In this document: piece by piece, positions 37,654 to 47,993 of the stretch
Numbering within the stretch: position 1 is the stretch's first letter
Layout: each line of letters opens with the position of its first letter
Assembly (NCBI GenBank): GCA_963841735.1
Contig: CAWJDT010000005.1
Location: 32,001 to 96,000, forward strand
Length of the DNA stretch: 64,000 nt
Direction of reading: 5' to 3'
Origin: an uncultured Actinomycetes bacterium
GTDB taxonomy: Bacteria > Actinomycetota > Thermoleophilia > RBG-16-64-13
Position numbers and translations under genes: made by a program
Notes under the pieces: generated by a model
What the model was told of the DNA's origin: nothing
Seen by the model: the letters and a program-made list of their open reading frames with translations, nothing else
The model's database searches: none

Positions 37654-39363
37654 CTATCCGCCACCCTCGGAGTCGATGACCTCCTCCGTGGCGCGAGGCT
37701 CACGCCGACGACGGGCAATGTCGACCACTTCGCGGATCTCCGACATGCGCATTGCCCAGGCCGCCGCGCAGTAGCCCGCGCCTCCGGCCGCATAGGCCAA
37801 GCCCACCGAGAGGATCTGCGCCCAGAGGCTGCGGCCTAGAGCGGCGTCCAGCCCATACCAGACCCCGTAGGCCATCCCCCCAAGGGGGATCAGAGCCACG
37901 ATCGACCGCGCCGCCGACCAGGCCACCCTGCGCGCGTCCACTCCCCCAATGCGCGGACTGAGCAGGAGCATGAGCGCGAAGAAGTTGACCAGGCTCACGA
38001 TGGAGGTGGACAGCGTGATGCCTCCCACGCCCAACGGCTTGTACAGCAGCAGGTCGAGCACCAGGTTGAGCGCCAAGTTGAGCACCCCGGTTATCAGAGG
38101 CAGCCAGGGCTTCTGGATGCTGTAGAAAGCCCGGTTGAGAAGGGTGTTCACACTCACAAAGGCCATGCCCACGCTGAAGAACAGAAGAGCCGAGGCGATC
38201 AAATCGGTGCCGACGGGAGTGACCTTGCCGTACTGGAAGATGAGTCGCACCGTAGGAACGCCCAATACGGCGAAGAATGCGGCGAAGGGCAGAGTCACGA
38301 AGAAGATCTGGCGGAGACCCGTGGACAGATCCTCGCGAAACTCCTTCATCCGCTTCCCGAGGGCATGACGAGACAGCGCCGGGAACAGCACTGTACCTAT
38401 GGCGATGGCGAACACACCCTGCGGCAACTGAAACAGGCGGAAGGCCTTTTCGATGATGACCGGAGCCCCGAGATTACCGTCAAGATGGATACGCGTGGCG
38501 ATCATCGTGTCGATGAAGGAGTTGAAATTGATGACACCCAGACTGATGATGACCGGCCCGAGAAGAATGCCGACCCGCCTCACGTCGGGGTTACGAAGGC
38601 CCAGTCGCCAACGAGACGGTATGTCGGCAGCTCCGGTGGCCGCGTTGCCCCCGTCCCCCGAGGCCCCATCCACCGACATGCCTGGTCTCCAGCGGCGCCT
38701 CCAGACAGCCGGTATCTGTATGGCCAGCTCGACCACGGTCCCGGCGAACACCCCCCAAGCCAGAGCCTTCACACCGTACTTGGAGAAGGCGAGTACCACT
38801 CCGATGATGATCACGTTCCAGACGATTGGCGCCAGCGCAGGCATGGTGAAGTGGTCGTAGGAATTGAGGATGCCCATGAAGATCCCGGCGATCCCCAGGA
38901 TCACCACCGTGGGGAACATGATGCGCATGAGGTGCGCCATCAACGCGATCATCTGGGGGGTGTTGTAGTCGGACCCGCTGGCAAGCACTTTGATCACCTG
39001 CGGCGCGAAGATCATTCCTAGGATCGTGATGATGCCCAAGACGCCCGTGGCGACCACCGTCACCGTGTAGGCCACCTGCCAGGCTTCGCGACGCTGACCC
39101 TTCTGCAGCAGACCCGAAAACACAGGGATGAAGGCAGCCGACAGAGCGGTATCGGCCAGGAGGGTCCGAACAAGGCTGGGTATCTTGTTGGCCACGGTGA
39201 AGGCCCCCCCGGTATCGTTCTCCAAACCCAAGGAGGAGCCCATGACCACCTCCCGGACGAGTCCGAGCATCCGGGAGCCGGCGGTGGCCAGCACAAGAAA
39301 GGCGGCCGCCAAAGCCAGCCGCCTTTTCGCGCTCGTTCGAGTCGTGTCTGTTTCGTTGCCCAT
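37654..39363 (-). CDS. murJ: Lipid II flippase MurJ (MviN)
   Basis: SRMLGLVRE, ALSAAFIPVF, RLFQLPQG, RAFY. Confidence 0.93.
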   Translation of the reverse strand: MGNETDTTRTSAKRRLALAAAFLVLATAGSRMLGLVREVVMGSSLGLENDTGGAFTVANKIPSLVRTLLADTALSAAFIPVFSGLLQKGQRREAWQVAYTVTVVATGVLGIITILGMIFAPQVIKVLASGSDYNTPQMIALMAHLMRIMFPTVVILGIAGIFMGILNSYDHFTMPALAPIVWNVIIIGVVLAFSKYGVKALAWGVFAGTVVELAIQIPAVWRRRWRPGMSVDGASGDGGNAATGAADIPSRWRLGLRNPDVRRVGILLGPVIISLGVINFNSFIDTMIATRIHLDGNLGAPVIIEKAFRLFQLPQGVFAIAIGTVLFPALSRHALGKRMKEFREDLSTGLRQIFFVTLPFAAFFAVLGVPTVRLIFQYGKVTPVGTDLIASALLFFSVGMAFVSVNTLLNRAFYSIQKPWLPLITGVLNLALNLVLDLLLYKPLGVGGITLSTSIVSLVNFFALMLLLSPRIGGVDARRVAWSAARSIVALIPLGGMAYGVWYGLDAALGRSLWAQILSVGLAYAAGGAGYCAAAWAMRMSEIREVVDIARRRREPRATEEVIDSEGGG

Positions 39364-39420
39364 GTGCGACCGCTATGCTAGACTGCTACGACTTTTAAGG
39401 GAAGACGGGAGGATTGTAGA

Positions 39421-39681
39421 TTGGCTAACACCAAACAGCAGCGTAAGCGGGTCCGCATCGCCCAGCGTCAGCGCCTGGAGAATCTGCGCTACAAGTCGTC
39501 TATCAAGACGCACTTCCGCAGCCTCACGGCCTCCATCGCCGCAGGTGAAGCCGAGACTGCTGCTGAAACGGCCAAGAAGCTGACTTCCACCATCGACAAA
39601 GCCGCCGCGAAGAACGCTATTCATAGCAACAACGCGTCGCGCAAGAAGTCGAGGGTGGCTCGGCTGCTCTCCCAGCTGTAA
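39421..39681 (+). CDS. rpsT: 30S ribosomal protein S20
   Basis: MANTKQQRKR...IDKAA..IHSNNASRKKSR. Confidence 0.97.
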   Translation: MANTKQQRKRVRIAQRQRLENLRYKSSIKTHFRSLTASIAAGEAETAAETAKKLTSTIDKAAAKNAIHSNNASRKKSRVARLLSQL

Positions 39682-39746
39682 AGCACTCTCCCAGCCCCGG
39701 CGCGGACGCGCCGCACCCATCTCGCCTTGAGCCAGCGGTTGTTCTG

Positions 39747-40724
39747 TCACGCGGTCAGCAGCCGGCCTAGGCACAACTGCAGTTCGACCTCATCCGGGAG
39801 TGAGCCCATCCCTTTCAGGCGGGCATCGGTCTCGGCCAGCACGGCCAGCCTGCGCGAGATGCCGTCGGCTCCAAGTAGCGCCGCCTGCTCGATGAACTTG
39901 CGTACCGGATAGGGCTTCATCTTCAGCTCAGCCTGTATGGCCTCCGGCCTCATACCACTGTCGCGCATGGCGGCCACCCTGTTGAGATTCTGGAAGTAGC
40001 GGAGAATGCGGCCGAACAAGGCCTCTGTCCTCTCCCCCGACCCCAGCAGCTCCTCGGCGGAAGTGAAGGCTGCCGACCCCCTGCCCAGAGCCAGCGAATC
40101 GAGCAGATCGAAGATGCTGGCCTCGTAGGTGGGGGTGGCCAGCAACCGGATGTCGTCGGAGGTGACCCGGCGGCCGTCGGCATAGAGCTGCAGCTTCTCC
40201 AACTCGCGCAGAAGGATGTTCTGGTTGTTGCCGCATCTTTGCACCATGAGGCGGGCCTCAGCCAGACCCAAGTTCATGCCCAGACGGTTGGCGGCCTCGG
40301 TGACCAGCCATTGCGGCAGCTGTCCCTCTTTGGGCGCCTGATACTCAAGCACGTCTCCGTGCTTCTTGGTGGCCGCCCGCAGCACGTCTGCCGGCGGAAG
40401 CTTCTGCGCCACCAAAGTCAGGCAGGCATCCGGCGCAGGCGATTCTAGATACGCCGCAATGGCGTCCTTGTCGGCCTTCAGCCAGGCCTGCACACCGCTG
40501 ACCAAGACCAACCTCGTGCCACCCAAGAAGGCAAGAGTGTTCGCGGCGTTGACCACCACGCCCGCGTGATCCACCGCCGCGTCGAACTCCTCAATGTTGA
40601 TATCGCCGCCCGACTGCTCCGCGACCCGTGCCTTGAGCCGCTTCAGCGCGTGCTCCACTTTGGGTTCGTCGTCGCCCACGATCAGGTAGGCTGGCTTGAG
40701 AGGCGGTCGGGCTCTATCGCTCAA
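39747..40724 (-). CDS. holA: DNA polymerase III delta subunit
   Basis: PAYLIVGDD, ELEKL, SIFDLLD, D.RLKG; position between comEC and rpsT. Confidence 0.9.
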   Translation of the reverse strand: MSDRARPPLKPAYLIVGDDEPKVEHALKRLKARVAEQSGGDINIEEFDAAVDHAGVVVNAANTLAFLGGTRLVLVSGVQAWLKADKDAIAAYLESPAPDACLTLVAQKLPPADVLRAATKKHGDVLEYQAPKEGQLPQWLVTEAANRLGMNLGLAEARLMVQRCGNNQNILLRELEKLQLYADGRRVTSDDIRLLATPTYEASIFDLLDSLALGRGSAAFTSAEELLGSGERTEALFGRILRYFQNLNRVAAMRDSGMRPEAIQAELKMKPYPVRKFIEQAALLGADGISRRLAVLAETDARLKGMGSLPDEVELQLCLGRLLTA

Positions 40725-43456
40725 GGGGTGGGGTTCCTCTCCGTGGTGAGTGCTATCGTGCCCCCGGTCACCTCACAGGATACCCAACCCGCCTCATCGG
40801 TGCAGAGAACGGTGCCCACGTTCTGACCGAGCACCGACATGGTCCCCGGATAGGGATGGCCGAACGAGTTGTCCTTACCCACCGATATCAGAGCGACTTT
40901 GGGTGCCAGTTCTCGCAGCAGCCGCTCTGACACTGCGCCCCGGCTCCCGTGGTGGGGCACCAGCACCACTTCCACTGGGGGCAATCGACGCACCTCAAGC
41001 GTTGCGGCCTCGGCGTCGCCCGGGAGAAGAAAGTCAACAGTTCCCACACTCACCACAGCCACCAGTGATGCGGCGTTCAGTTCGTCACCAGTGGGCGCGC
41101 CGCCGCGCAAAGCCCACGCGTTGTCGCCATCGACCATGACCAAGGGCTTTGCCGGCGCGTAGAAACGTACGGTCACTTCGCCCACAGTGACCGAGTCTCC
41201 AGAATGCGCACACAGATAGTCACAGCCGTCTTCGGCCAACTTGGCACGGAGTTGGAGATAGGTGCTTGCTTCTTCGCTGCCCTGGACGGCTGGGCCGGCG
41301 CTTCCGCCGCCGACCCCCGCGCTGAGCGACTGCTGCCCGCCATCTGCGCTTGAGACCAGCTGTACCTGATCGATGAGCGTCTCGACCTCCACCCCCCCAC
41401 CCAAAGCCTCGAGCAGGCCGGCAAAGTGGTCTGCGTGAGGATGGGAGACGACAACCAAGTCCAGCCGCTTCACGCCCAGGGAGCGCAACTGGCCCTCCAA
41501 ATCGCAACCGGCAGACCCCCCATCAAACAGAAGGGAGTTACCCCCCGGTGTTCGAACCAGCACGGCGTTGCCCTGGCCCACATCGAGCACCCTCACCTCG
41601 ACCTCGCCGGGCCACCCAGTACCATGCACCAGCGTGCTCACCGTCTCGGCGGCGCCGGCGAGGACCGGATACGCCGCACCACCCACCGCTAGGCTGCAGA
41701 TCACCAGCGCCGCGCCCAGGGCGGCGGCAACGCGCCGGTTCCGAGGTTTCCGCCTGCGCAGCCAGTGCGTCGACCGCTTGAACCACGGCAGGGGCAGATC
41801 CATGGGGGCGCGCACCCGGCGGCCCATCACCGCCAGAGCGGCCGGCAGCGCCACGCCTCCACACGCAAGCGCAAACAGCGCGCGACCGAGAGAGGCCGCA
41901 GACAAGACAGGGGCCATCGCCATGAAACGCGAAACCAAGATCGTCCATATCATCGGGAGCGAAGCTAGGGTATCCAGCGCCGCGCCCAGGCCCGACCACA
42001 CAAACCCCAAGGCGACCGCGGCCATGCCAAGACCGGTCACAAGAGGCAGCATTGGCACCACCAGAAGGTTTGCGAGAGGCGACACCAACGACGTCTGCCC
42101 AAAGACCGCCAGGGAGACAGGGGCCGTGCCCAAACCGGCAGCGAGCGACACCGCCAGGCCCGAGCCAACGGCGCCCGGCAGCCGCCGGAAGACCCGCTGT
42201 AGAGGACGGAGCAACACCAACATGCCCACGAAGGCCGCGAACGAGAGTTGGAAGCCCACGTCGAACAAGGCGAAGGGATTGAGCGCAAGCACGACGACCG
42301 CGGCCAGGCCCAGCACCTGCCACTGGTCGCGGCTCCGGCCCACCCAGTAGCCGGTGAGCACCACCACAATCATCACCGCCGCCCTGATCACCGACGGCCT
42401 GGCCCCCACGAACGGGACCATCAGCACCGCCGAGGTCGCGGCCAGCAGAAAGCCGACCCAACGGGGAGCCCTGGCGAACCGGGCCAATCCCATCATGATG
42501 GCGGCCAAGGCGGCCACGTGCAGCCCGCTGACGGCGAGCATATGCGCGGTGCCAGAACGGCGGAAGGCCATGAGCCAACCCTCGTCCATGCCTTGAATAT
42601 CGCCTACCACCACTCCCTGGAGGACCTCGTTGACTCGGGCGTCCGGGCCCAGACTGAGATGGGCGAGGGCCGACGCGCGCAGCCTGTCGAACCACCCGGA
42701 GACGCCGCCCCGACTGCCGAGGACGACTATGCATCCGGGATCATCCACTGCGAGCACCACCTCGATGCCCTGGTACTTGAGATTGCGGGCCTGATTGAAG
42801 CCAGAGGCAGACGGCCCTTCCGGCGCCTGTATAGTGCCCCGAGCGGTGATGATCATGCCCTGGCGCAGGGCTGCCGAGGTGGCCTGCGCGCCGGCGCTTG
42901 CGTCGGCCGCATCGGTGCCGGTCTCGGGTGGCGCCACCTCGAGAAGCACCGTCTCGCCCACCCCGACGCCCTCACCCACGGCCGCCCCCAACGGAGTGGA
43001 TTCCCCTAACGCCCTGAGCCCTCTCACCGCCGCCCTGGCGCTGATCCACCCAGCGTTCGCTCGCACCGGACCACTTATGACCAGCTCCACCTCCACCCTC
43101 TGCTCGATGGCGCGGTCAAGGACTCCGGCTTCCAGCGCCGCCACCCTGAGGCTGCCTATCAACCACCCGCTGAACAGACCCACCAGAAGCAGGGCCCCGA
43201 CCGTCAGCCCAAACGTCGGGCGATCGCTCGCAGCCACTCTCTTGTGGCCCGTCGAAGGACCCCGCTGTCTCAGGCCCACTCCAATGATGGCTCCGGTCAA
43301 TGCCACCACCAGCCCCACCAAGGCGACGGCGAGTCTGGGGCCCACGAGGGCCGGAAGCGCTACGCCCAGCGCACAGGCGAAGGTGGTGAAACGAGCCAGC
43401 CCGGCCCTGCGGACAAACCAGCCCACCGGATCGTTTTTGGCGGCCGCAGGTTCCAC
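40721..43456 (-). CDS. comEC: Competence protein ComEC/Rec2
   Basis: GTAHMLAVSGLHV, GFQLSF, LDVGQG, SHPHADH, PHHGS, NSFGHP. Confidence 0.93.
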   Translation of the reverse strand: MEPAAAKNDPVGWFVRRAGLARFTTFACALGVALPALVGPRLAVALVGLVVALTGAIIGVGLRQRGPSTGHKRVAASDRPTFGLTVGALLLVGLFSGWLIGSLRVAALEAGVLDRAIEQRVEVELVISGPVRANAGWISARAAVRGLRALGESTPLGAAVGEGVGVGETVLLEVAPPETGTDAADASAGAQATSAALRQGMIITARGTIQAPEGPSASGFNQARNLKYQGIEVVLAVDDPGCIVVLGSRGGVSGWFDRLRASALAHLSLGPDARVNEVLQGVVVGDIQGMDEGWLMAFRRSGTAHMLAVSGLHVAALAAIMMGLARFARAPRWVGFLLAATSAVLMVPFVGARPSVIRAAVMIVVVLTGYWVGRSRDQWQVLGLAAVVVLALNPFALFDVGFQLSFAAFVGMLVLLRPLQRVFRRLPGAVGSGLAVSLAAGLGTAPVSLAVFGQTSLVSPLANLLVVPMLPLVTGLGMAAVALGFVWSGLGAALDTLASLPMIWTILVSRFMAMAPVLSAASLGRALFALACGGVALPAALAVMGRRVRAPMDLPLPWFKRSTHWLRRRKPRNRRVAAALGAALVICSLAVGGAAYPVLAGAAETVSTLVHGTGWPGEVEVRVLDVGQGNAVLVRTPGGNSLLFDGGSAGCDLEGQLRSLGVKRLDLVVVSHPHADHFAGLLEALGGGVEVETLIDQVQLVSSADGGQQSLSAGVGGGSAGPAVQGSEEASTYLQLRAKLAEDGCDYLCAHSGDSVTVGEVTVRFYAPAKPLVMVDGDNAWALRGGAPTGDELNAASLVAVVSVGTVDFLLPGDAEAATLEVRRLPPVEVVLVPHHGSRGAVSERLLRELAPKVALISVGKDNSFGHPYPGTMSVLGQNVGTVLCTDEAGWVSCEVTGGTIALTTERNPTP

Positions 43457-43473
43457 CGCGAGGCGACCCGCGA

Positions 43474-44175
43474 TCAGAGCATCACCAACGGCCGCAGCTG
43501 CTCTAGTTTGGCCGAGCCGATACCGGAGACCTCCGTCAACTGATCCACCGAGGTAAACGGCCCCTGGGATTCACGGTAGGCAATGATCTGTTGCGCTGTT
43601 GCCGGACCGACTCCCGGGAGCGAATCCAGTTGTTCCGCGGTGGCCGTGTTGAGGGACACGGGACCCGCCGCTCCCCCTCCAGCGGAGCCCCCGGCCGCCT
43701 GGCCACCGGTGATGCCGGCCGAGGACTGAGAGGGCATCCCCTCTCCAGATAGGACGGTCTGGCCCTTCATTGGCACGTAGACCCTGCACCCGTCGCTTAA
43801 GGCCGCCGCCAGCGCGACCGCCTCCTGATCGGCGTCCTCGGTGAAACCCCCTGCCTCCAAGACTGCCTGGAACAGCCTGACGCCATCCTCCACCTGGTAG
43901 ACGCCGGGACGGCGTACTGCGCCCGCGACCTGGACCCAGATCTTGCGGGGCTGCGTAGTCGTGGTGCTCAGGGACGACGGGGTGTTCCACGCGCCCACCG
44001 CCACGGGGTCGTACGCGCCGGCCCCCTCCCCCACACCACCGGCCTGTATCACTAGACCACCGGTGCCAGACGAGCCCTCGCCCCGCATGGACATCAGGCC
44101 CAGAGTGCCCGCGAGCAGAACGACGACCCCCGCGATGATGTAGACAAGCAACCGTTTTGTGGGAATGGCAGACAT
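43474..44175 (-). CDS. comEA: Competence DNA-binding protein ComEA
   Basis: VQVAGAVRRPGVY SLBB domain; LNTATAEQLDSLPGVG HhH. Confidence 0.93.
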   Translation of the reverse strand: MSAIPTKRLLVYIIAGVVVLLAGTLGLMSMRGEGSSGTGGLVIQAGGVGEGAGAYDPVAVGAWNTPSSLSTTTTQPRKIWVQVAGAVRRPGVYQVEDGVRLFQAVLEAGGFTEDADQEAVALAAALSDGCRVYVPMKGQTVLSGEGMPSQSSAGITGGQAAGGSAGGGAAGPVSLNTATAEQLDSLPGVGPATAQQIIAYRESQGPFTSVDQLTEVSGIGSAKLEQLRPLVML

Positions 44176-44273
44176 GCCGCCACAGTAGTCCCCGCGTCGC
44201 GGAGACCCCGTGCAACTATGGACCGAGCTTGGCTACCTGCTCATGGCGGTCGCCCCCACACCCGAGGAGCCTG

Positions 44274-44855
44274 TCAGTAGCTCTCTACATATAGTTCGAA
44301 GAAAGCCTGGGGCTTGCCGCACAGCGGGCAGACCTTCGGAGCTTGGTCGCCCTCGTGGACGTAGCCGCACTCCTCGCATTTCCAGAGCATGGGCCCATCT
44401 TTACGGAACACCCTCTTCGCCCCTACATTGGCGAGAAGCTTCCGATAGCGGCGCTCGTGATATTTCTCGGCTGTGGTGATCCTGCGGAACACGGCGGCGA
44501 CTCTGTTGAACCCCTCCCTGTCGGCGATGTCCGCGAAGTCGGGATACAGGGTGCCCCATTCCAGCAACTCCCCATCGGCTGCTGCAAGCAGATTCTCTGC
44601 CGTGGTGCCAACCGGGCCCGCCGGGTACGACGCCGTCAACTCGGGCATGCCACCGTCGAGCAGGCTGAAGAACTGGAAGGCGTGCGCCCGCTCGTTTTCG
44701 GCAGTCTCGAGGAAGAAGTTGGCGATCTGCATGTATCCCTCTTCGGCCGCCACTTCAGCGAAGTACGTATAGCGGTTGCGGGCCTGCGACTCCCCAGCGA
44801 AGGCCTTCATTAGGTTCTGCTCGGTCTTAGAGCCCTTCATGTCCATAAGCGCCAT
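44274..44855 (-). CDS. rbr: Rubrerythrin
   Basis: AFAGESQARNRY, ENERAHA, EKYHE, CEECGY...CPLC. Confidence 0.95.
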   Translation of the reverse strand: MALMDMKGSKTEQNLMKAFAGESQARNRYTYFAEVAAEEGYMQIANFFLETAENERAHAFQFFSLLDGGMPELTASYPAGPVGTTAENLLAAADGELLEWGTLYPDFADIADREGFNRVAAVFRRITTAEKYHERRYRKLLANVGAKRVFRKDGPMLWKCEECGYVHEGDQAPKVCPLCGKPQAFFELYVESY

Positions 44856-44907
44856 CCTCCTGTCCGGTCAAAGACCATGGCTCCATGCTACCCGCGAAGA
44901 CCCCAGA

Positions 44908-45696
44908 TTACTCCCCAACCGCGACACGGCCCGGCCATAGCTCTCTCGCCAAGAAGCCCGCAACTATCTCGCCCACTTCGCGGTGACGACCCTCCAAGAA
45001 GTGTCCAGCCCCCTCCACCACGCTCATGGTGAACTCCAGGCCAAGGTCCTTGAGCACCTTCGCCACCTCTTCGGGATATCCCAGGTCGTCGTTCTCGGCG
45101 CATACGGCCAGCACTGGGCCCCTGTATGCCGCCAACCTGGCGAAAGTGTCGGGCCGTAGTTCGGGCCAGGAGATGACGAACCCTATAAGAACCAGCGCAG
45201 CCACCGGTCCAGCCTCGGCTGCGGCCTTGGCAGCCATGACACTGCCGAAGGAATACCCGGCAAGCGCAACCTGCGGAGTACCTGGGCCCGCCACGGCTTC
45301 GCCCTCCAAAGCCGCCATCTGGCCCCGCAGGAACGCGGCGGCAGACTGCACATCTCGGTATTCCTCAGTGCCACTGTAGGCACCCAGGCTATCGCCCACT
45401 CCCCGGAAGTTGAACCGCAGCGTGGCCAGGCCCTTCTGCCTGCAGGCCTGGGCGGTGCGATAGACCACCGGCTGCGCCATGGTGCCGCCGCTCAGCGAGT
45501 GCGGATGGGCGACCACCACTCCGCCCGCAAGCCGCCCGGCCGGGCCGGCGGCCACGCCGTCGCCGGATCCGGAGCCGGAGCCGACGCCTTCAGGCCACTC
45601 CAGTATCCCTTCGAGGCGGTCGTTTCCCGGGAAGAAGACGCGGCCGTCCGGGGCAGAGCCGGCACCGGCCGGAGCCCCAGACGGAGGCGTGCTCAC
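44908..45696 (-). CDS. Alpha/beta hydrolase (COG2945-like)
   Basis: HPH..GGTM, RFNFRGVG.S, GYSFG, GAGHF. Confidence 0.88.
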   Translation of the reverse strand: MSTPPSGAPAGAGSAPDGRVFFPGNDRLEGILEWPEGVGSGSGSGDGVAAGPAGRLAGGVVVAHPHSLSGGTMAQPVVYRTAQACRQKGLATLRFNFRGVGDSLGAYSGTEEYRDVQSAAAFLRGQMAALEGEAVAGPGTPQVALAGYSFGSVMAAKAAAEAGPVAALVLIGFVISWPELRPDTFARLAAYRGPVLAVCAENDDLGYPEEVAKVLKDLGLEFTMSVVEGAGHFLEGRHREVGEIVAGFLARELWPGRVAVGE

Positions 45697-46184
45697 TCGC
45701 GGAAGTTGACGTACTGCAGAGGCATGCCCAGATCGCCTTGCTTGAGAATCTGAATGGCCTCTTGGAGGTCGTCGCGCTTCTTGCCCGTGATGCGCACCTC
45801 ATCGCCCTGGATGGACGCCTGCACCTTGAGCTTGGCCTCTTTGACCAGCTTGACCACCTTGCGCGCGGTGTCCATGTCGATGCCGTTGGTGATGGTGACG
45901 GTCTGCCGCACCATGTCACCCCCGGCCTTCTCCTGATCACCGAACACCAACGCCTCGCCATCGATGGAGCGGTGCACCACCTTGGCGATCAGCGCGTCCT
46001 TGATGGCGCGCAGCTTCATGTCATCCTCGGTGAGTAGTTGGATCTTGGCTTCTTTGCGATCCAACTCGATCTCGGTCTTAGACCCACGAAAGTCATATCT
46101 CGTGGTGATCTCTTTCTTCACCTGGTTGACCGCGTTGTCCATCTCCTGCATGTCTACCCGGCTGACTACGTCGAAGGATGGCAT
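45693..46184 (-). CDS. yajQ: YajQ family nucleotide/c-di-GMP-binding protein
   Basis: MPSFDVVS, RYDFRGS, KVQASIQGD, GKKRDDLQ, NFR. Confidence 0.95.
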   Translation of the reverse strand: MPSFDVVSRVDMQEMDNAVNQVKKEITTRYDFRGSKTEIELDRKEAKIQLLTEDDMKLRAIKDALIAKVVHRSIDGEALVFGDQEKAGGDMVRQTVTITNGIDMDTARKVVKLVKEAKLKVQASIQGDEVRITGKKRDDLQEAIQILKQGDLGMPLQYVNFRE

Positions 46185-46269
46185 CCTTGTTCCTCCTCTG
46201 GCGGTCCTGTGACAAACGGTCGTGGCGTTCAGGATACCGCAGGCACGACACCACGGCTCACTCTCGGGC

Positions 46270-47820
46270 TCAGCGCTCCGCCGACTGCAGGACCTCTCTC
46301 ACCTTGCGGCTGAGCGAATCTGGGGTGAAGGGCTTTGGCAAGTAGTTGATTCCCGCATCGAGGCCTCGGGAACGCAACAGAGACTCACGCGGGTGACCGG
46401 ACATGAAGAGAATCGGGAGAGTTGGGCGCAAAGCCAGAGCCTCCCGCGCCAGACCGTCGCCCTGCAACCCACGGGGCAGCACCACGTCGGTCAGAAGCAG
46501 ATCGATGCACGGGTCTTTCTGCTCAAGGAGCGCGAGTGCCTGAGAGGCATCGGCCGTCGCGAACACAACGTAGCCATCGTTGGTGAGCACGCGGGTGACA
46601 AGAGCCCGCACCGCCGGCTCATCTTCTGCCACCAGAACCACCGCGTGAGCGCTGGTGAGAACACGCGGCACCGCGACAATCGGGAGATTCTGGGCCGAGT
46701 GTTCAAGACGGGGGAAGTAGATCCTGAAAGTCGAGCCTTTGCCCGGCTCACTTTCGACCAAGATACAACCACCGCTCTGGCGTACGATGCCATAAACGGT
46801 GGAGAGCCCCAGGCCCGTGCCTTCTCCCGGTCCCTTGGTGGTGAAGAACGGCTCAAAGACATGCGCCATTGTGTCCACATCCATGCCCGACCCGGTGTCG
46901 GAAACGCTCAACAAGACATAGGGACCCGGCGAACAGTCAGGGTTCGCCGAGTAGAACTTCTCACCCAGTTCTACGTTGGCCGTCTCCAGACGAAGCGTAC
47001 CGCCGCCAGACATGGCGTCGCGCGCGTTGAGGGCGAGATTCATGATCACCTGGTGCAGTTGATTCGGGTCCACCTCAGCCGCGCCGAGCTCCGGATTCAG
47101 GAAATAGCCAAGTTCAACGTCCTCCCCCAAGGTCCGCCGCAGCAGGGGTTCGCTGTCGGCCAGCACGACGTTCAGAGAAATCGTCTCCGGTCGCAGGGGC
47201 CGACGCCGCGAGAAGGCGAGTATCTGGCGGGTGAGGCCCGCGGCGCGCTCGGCGGCGCGCCTGATCTCCACCACGTCGCCGCGCACCGTGTCGAACGGGC
47301 AGTCGTCGTTGGCCAAGAGCAGATCGCTGTAGCCGATGATGGCAGTCAGCAGGTTGTTGAAGTCGTGAGCGATACCACCGGCCAGTTGCCCTACGGCTTC
47401 CATCTTCTGGGACTCCCGCAGTTGGTCGTCCCGCTGGCTGAGCTCCTCCTCCGCCCGCATCTGGCCACCGGTGTCCACCGAGACTCCCACCACTTGCTCA
47501 ACTACACCCGCGCCATCGAACACCGGGGTGAGCCGAGACACGAAGTACGCTCCGCCGAAGTGCGCCCTGAAGACAGCGTGCCGGCCGTCGAGCGCCGAGC
47601 GGATGGCCTCGGCGGCTCCGGGGGTGTCCCGGTAAAGATCGAAGGCCGAGTTCCCAAGTATCTGGCCCTTCTGCAGCCCCATTGCGGAAATACCATCACC
47701 CTCGCTGAACAGGAACATGCCCTCCAGGTCCAATCCGTAGAGAATGACGGGAGCGTTCTCCAGAACCAGGCTCAGACGCGCCAGCTGGTGTTTGAGACCC
47801 TCACCAGGCCGCTTCTCCAT
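46270..47820 (-). CDS. PAS-domain hybrid sensor histidine kinase/response regulator (CckA-like)
   Basis: QKMEAVGQLAGGIAHDFNNLL, FEPFFTTK, GTGLGL, REC domain LLLTDVVLP. Confidence 0.93.
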   Translation of the reverse strand: MEKRPGEGLKHQLARLSLVLENAPVILYGLDLEGMFLFSEGDGISAMGLQKGQILGNSAFDLYRDTPGAAEAIRSALDGRHAVFRAHFGGAYFVSRLTPVFDGAGVVEQVVGVSVDTGGQMRAEEELSQRDDQLRESQKMEAVGQLAGGIAHDFNNLLTAIIGYSDLLLANDDCPFDTVRGDVVEIRRAAERAAGLTRQILAFSRRRPLRPETISLNVVLADSEPLLRRTLGEDVELGYFLNPELGAAEVDPNQLHQVIMNLALNARDAMSGGGTLRLETANVELGEKFYSANPDCSPGPYVLLSVSDTGSGMDVDTMAHVFEPFFTTKGPGEGTGLGLSTVYGIVRQSGGCILVESEPGKGSTFRIYFPRLEHSAQNLPIVAVPRVLTSAHAVVLVAEDEPAVRALVTRVLTNDGYVVFATADASQALALLEQKDPCIDLLLTDVVLPRGLQGDGLAREALALRPTLPILFMSGHPRESLLRSRGLDAGINYLPKPFTPDSLSRKVREVLQSAER

Positions 47821-47993
47821 CCCCACGAGTCCTCCCGCCACGCGATAGGCCGCGGAATCAAACAACGGCTCGCATAGTCGTCTGCCATTCCTTTGCCCGG
47901 TTCTACCCCGAGCCAAACACACCGGCGAGGGTGATCGAGGGCGCCGCCCGGGACTCTAGGTGCACTCTCACAGCTGGCCGGCGAAGACGTGCC

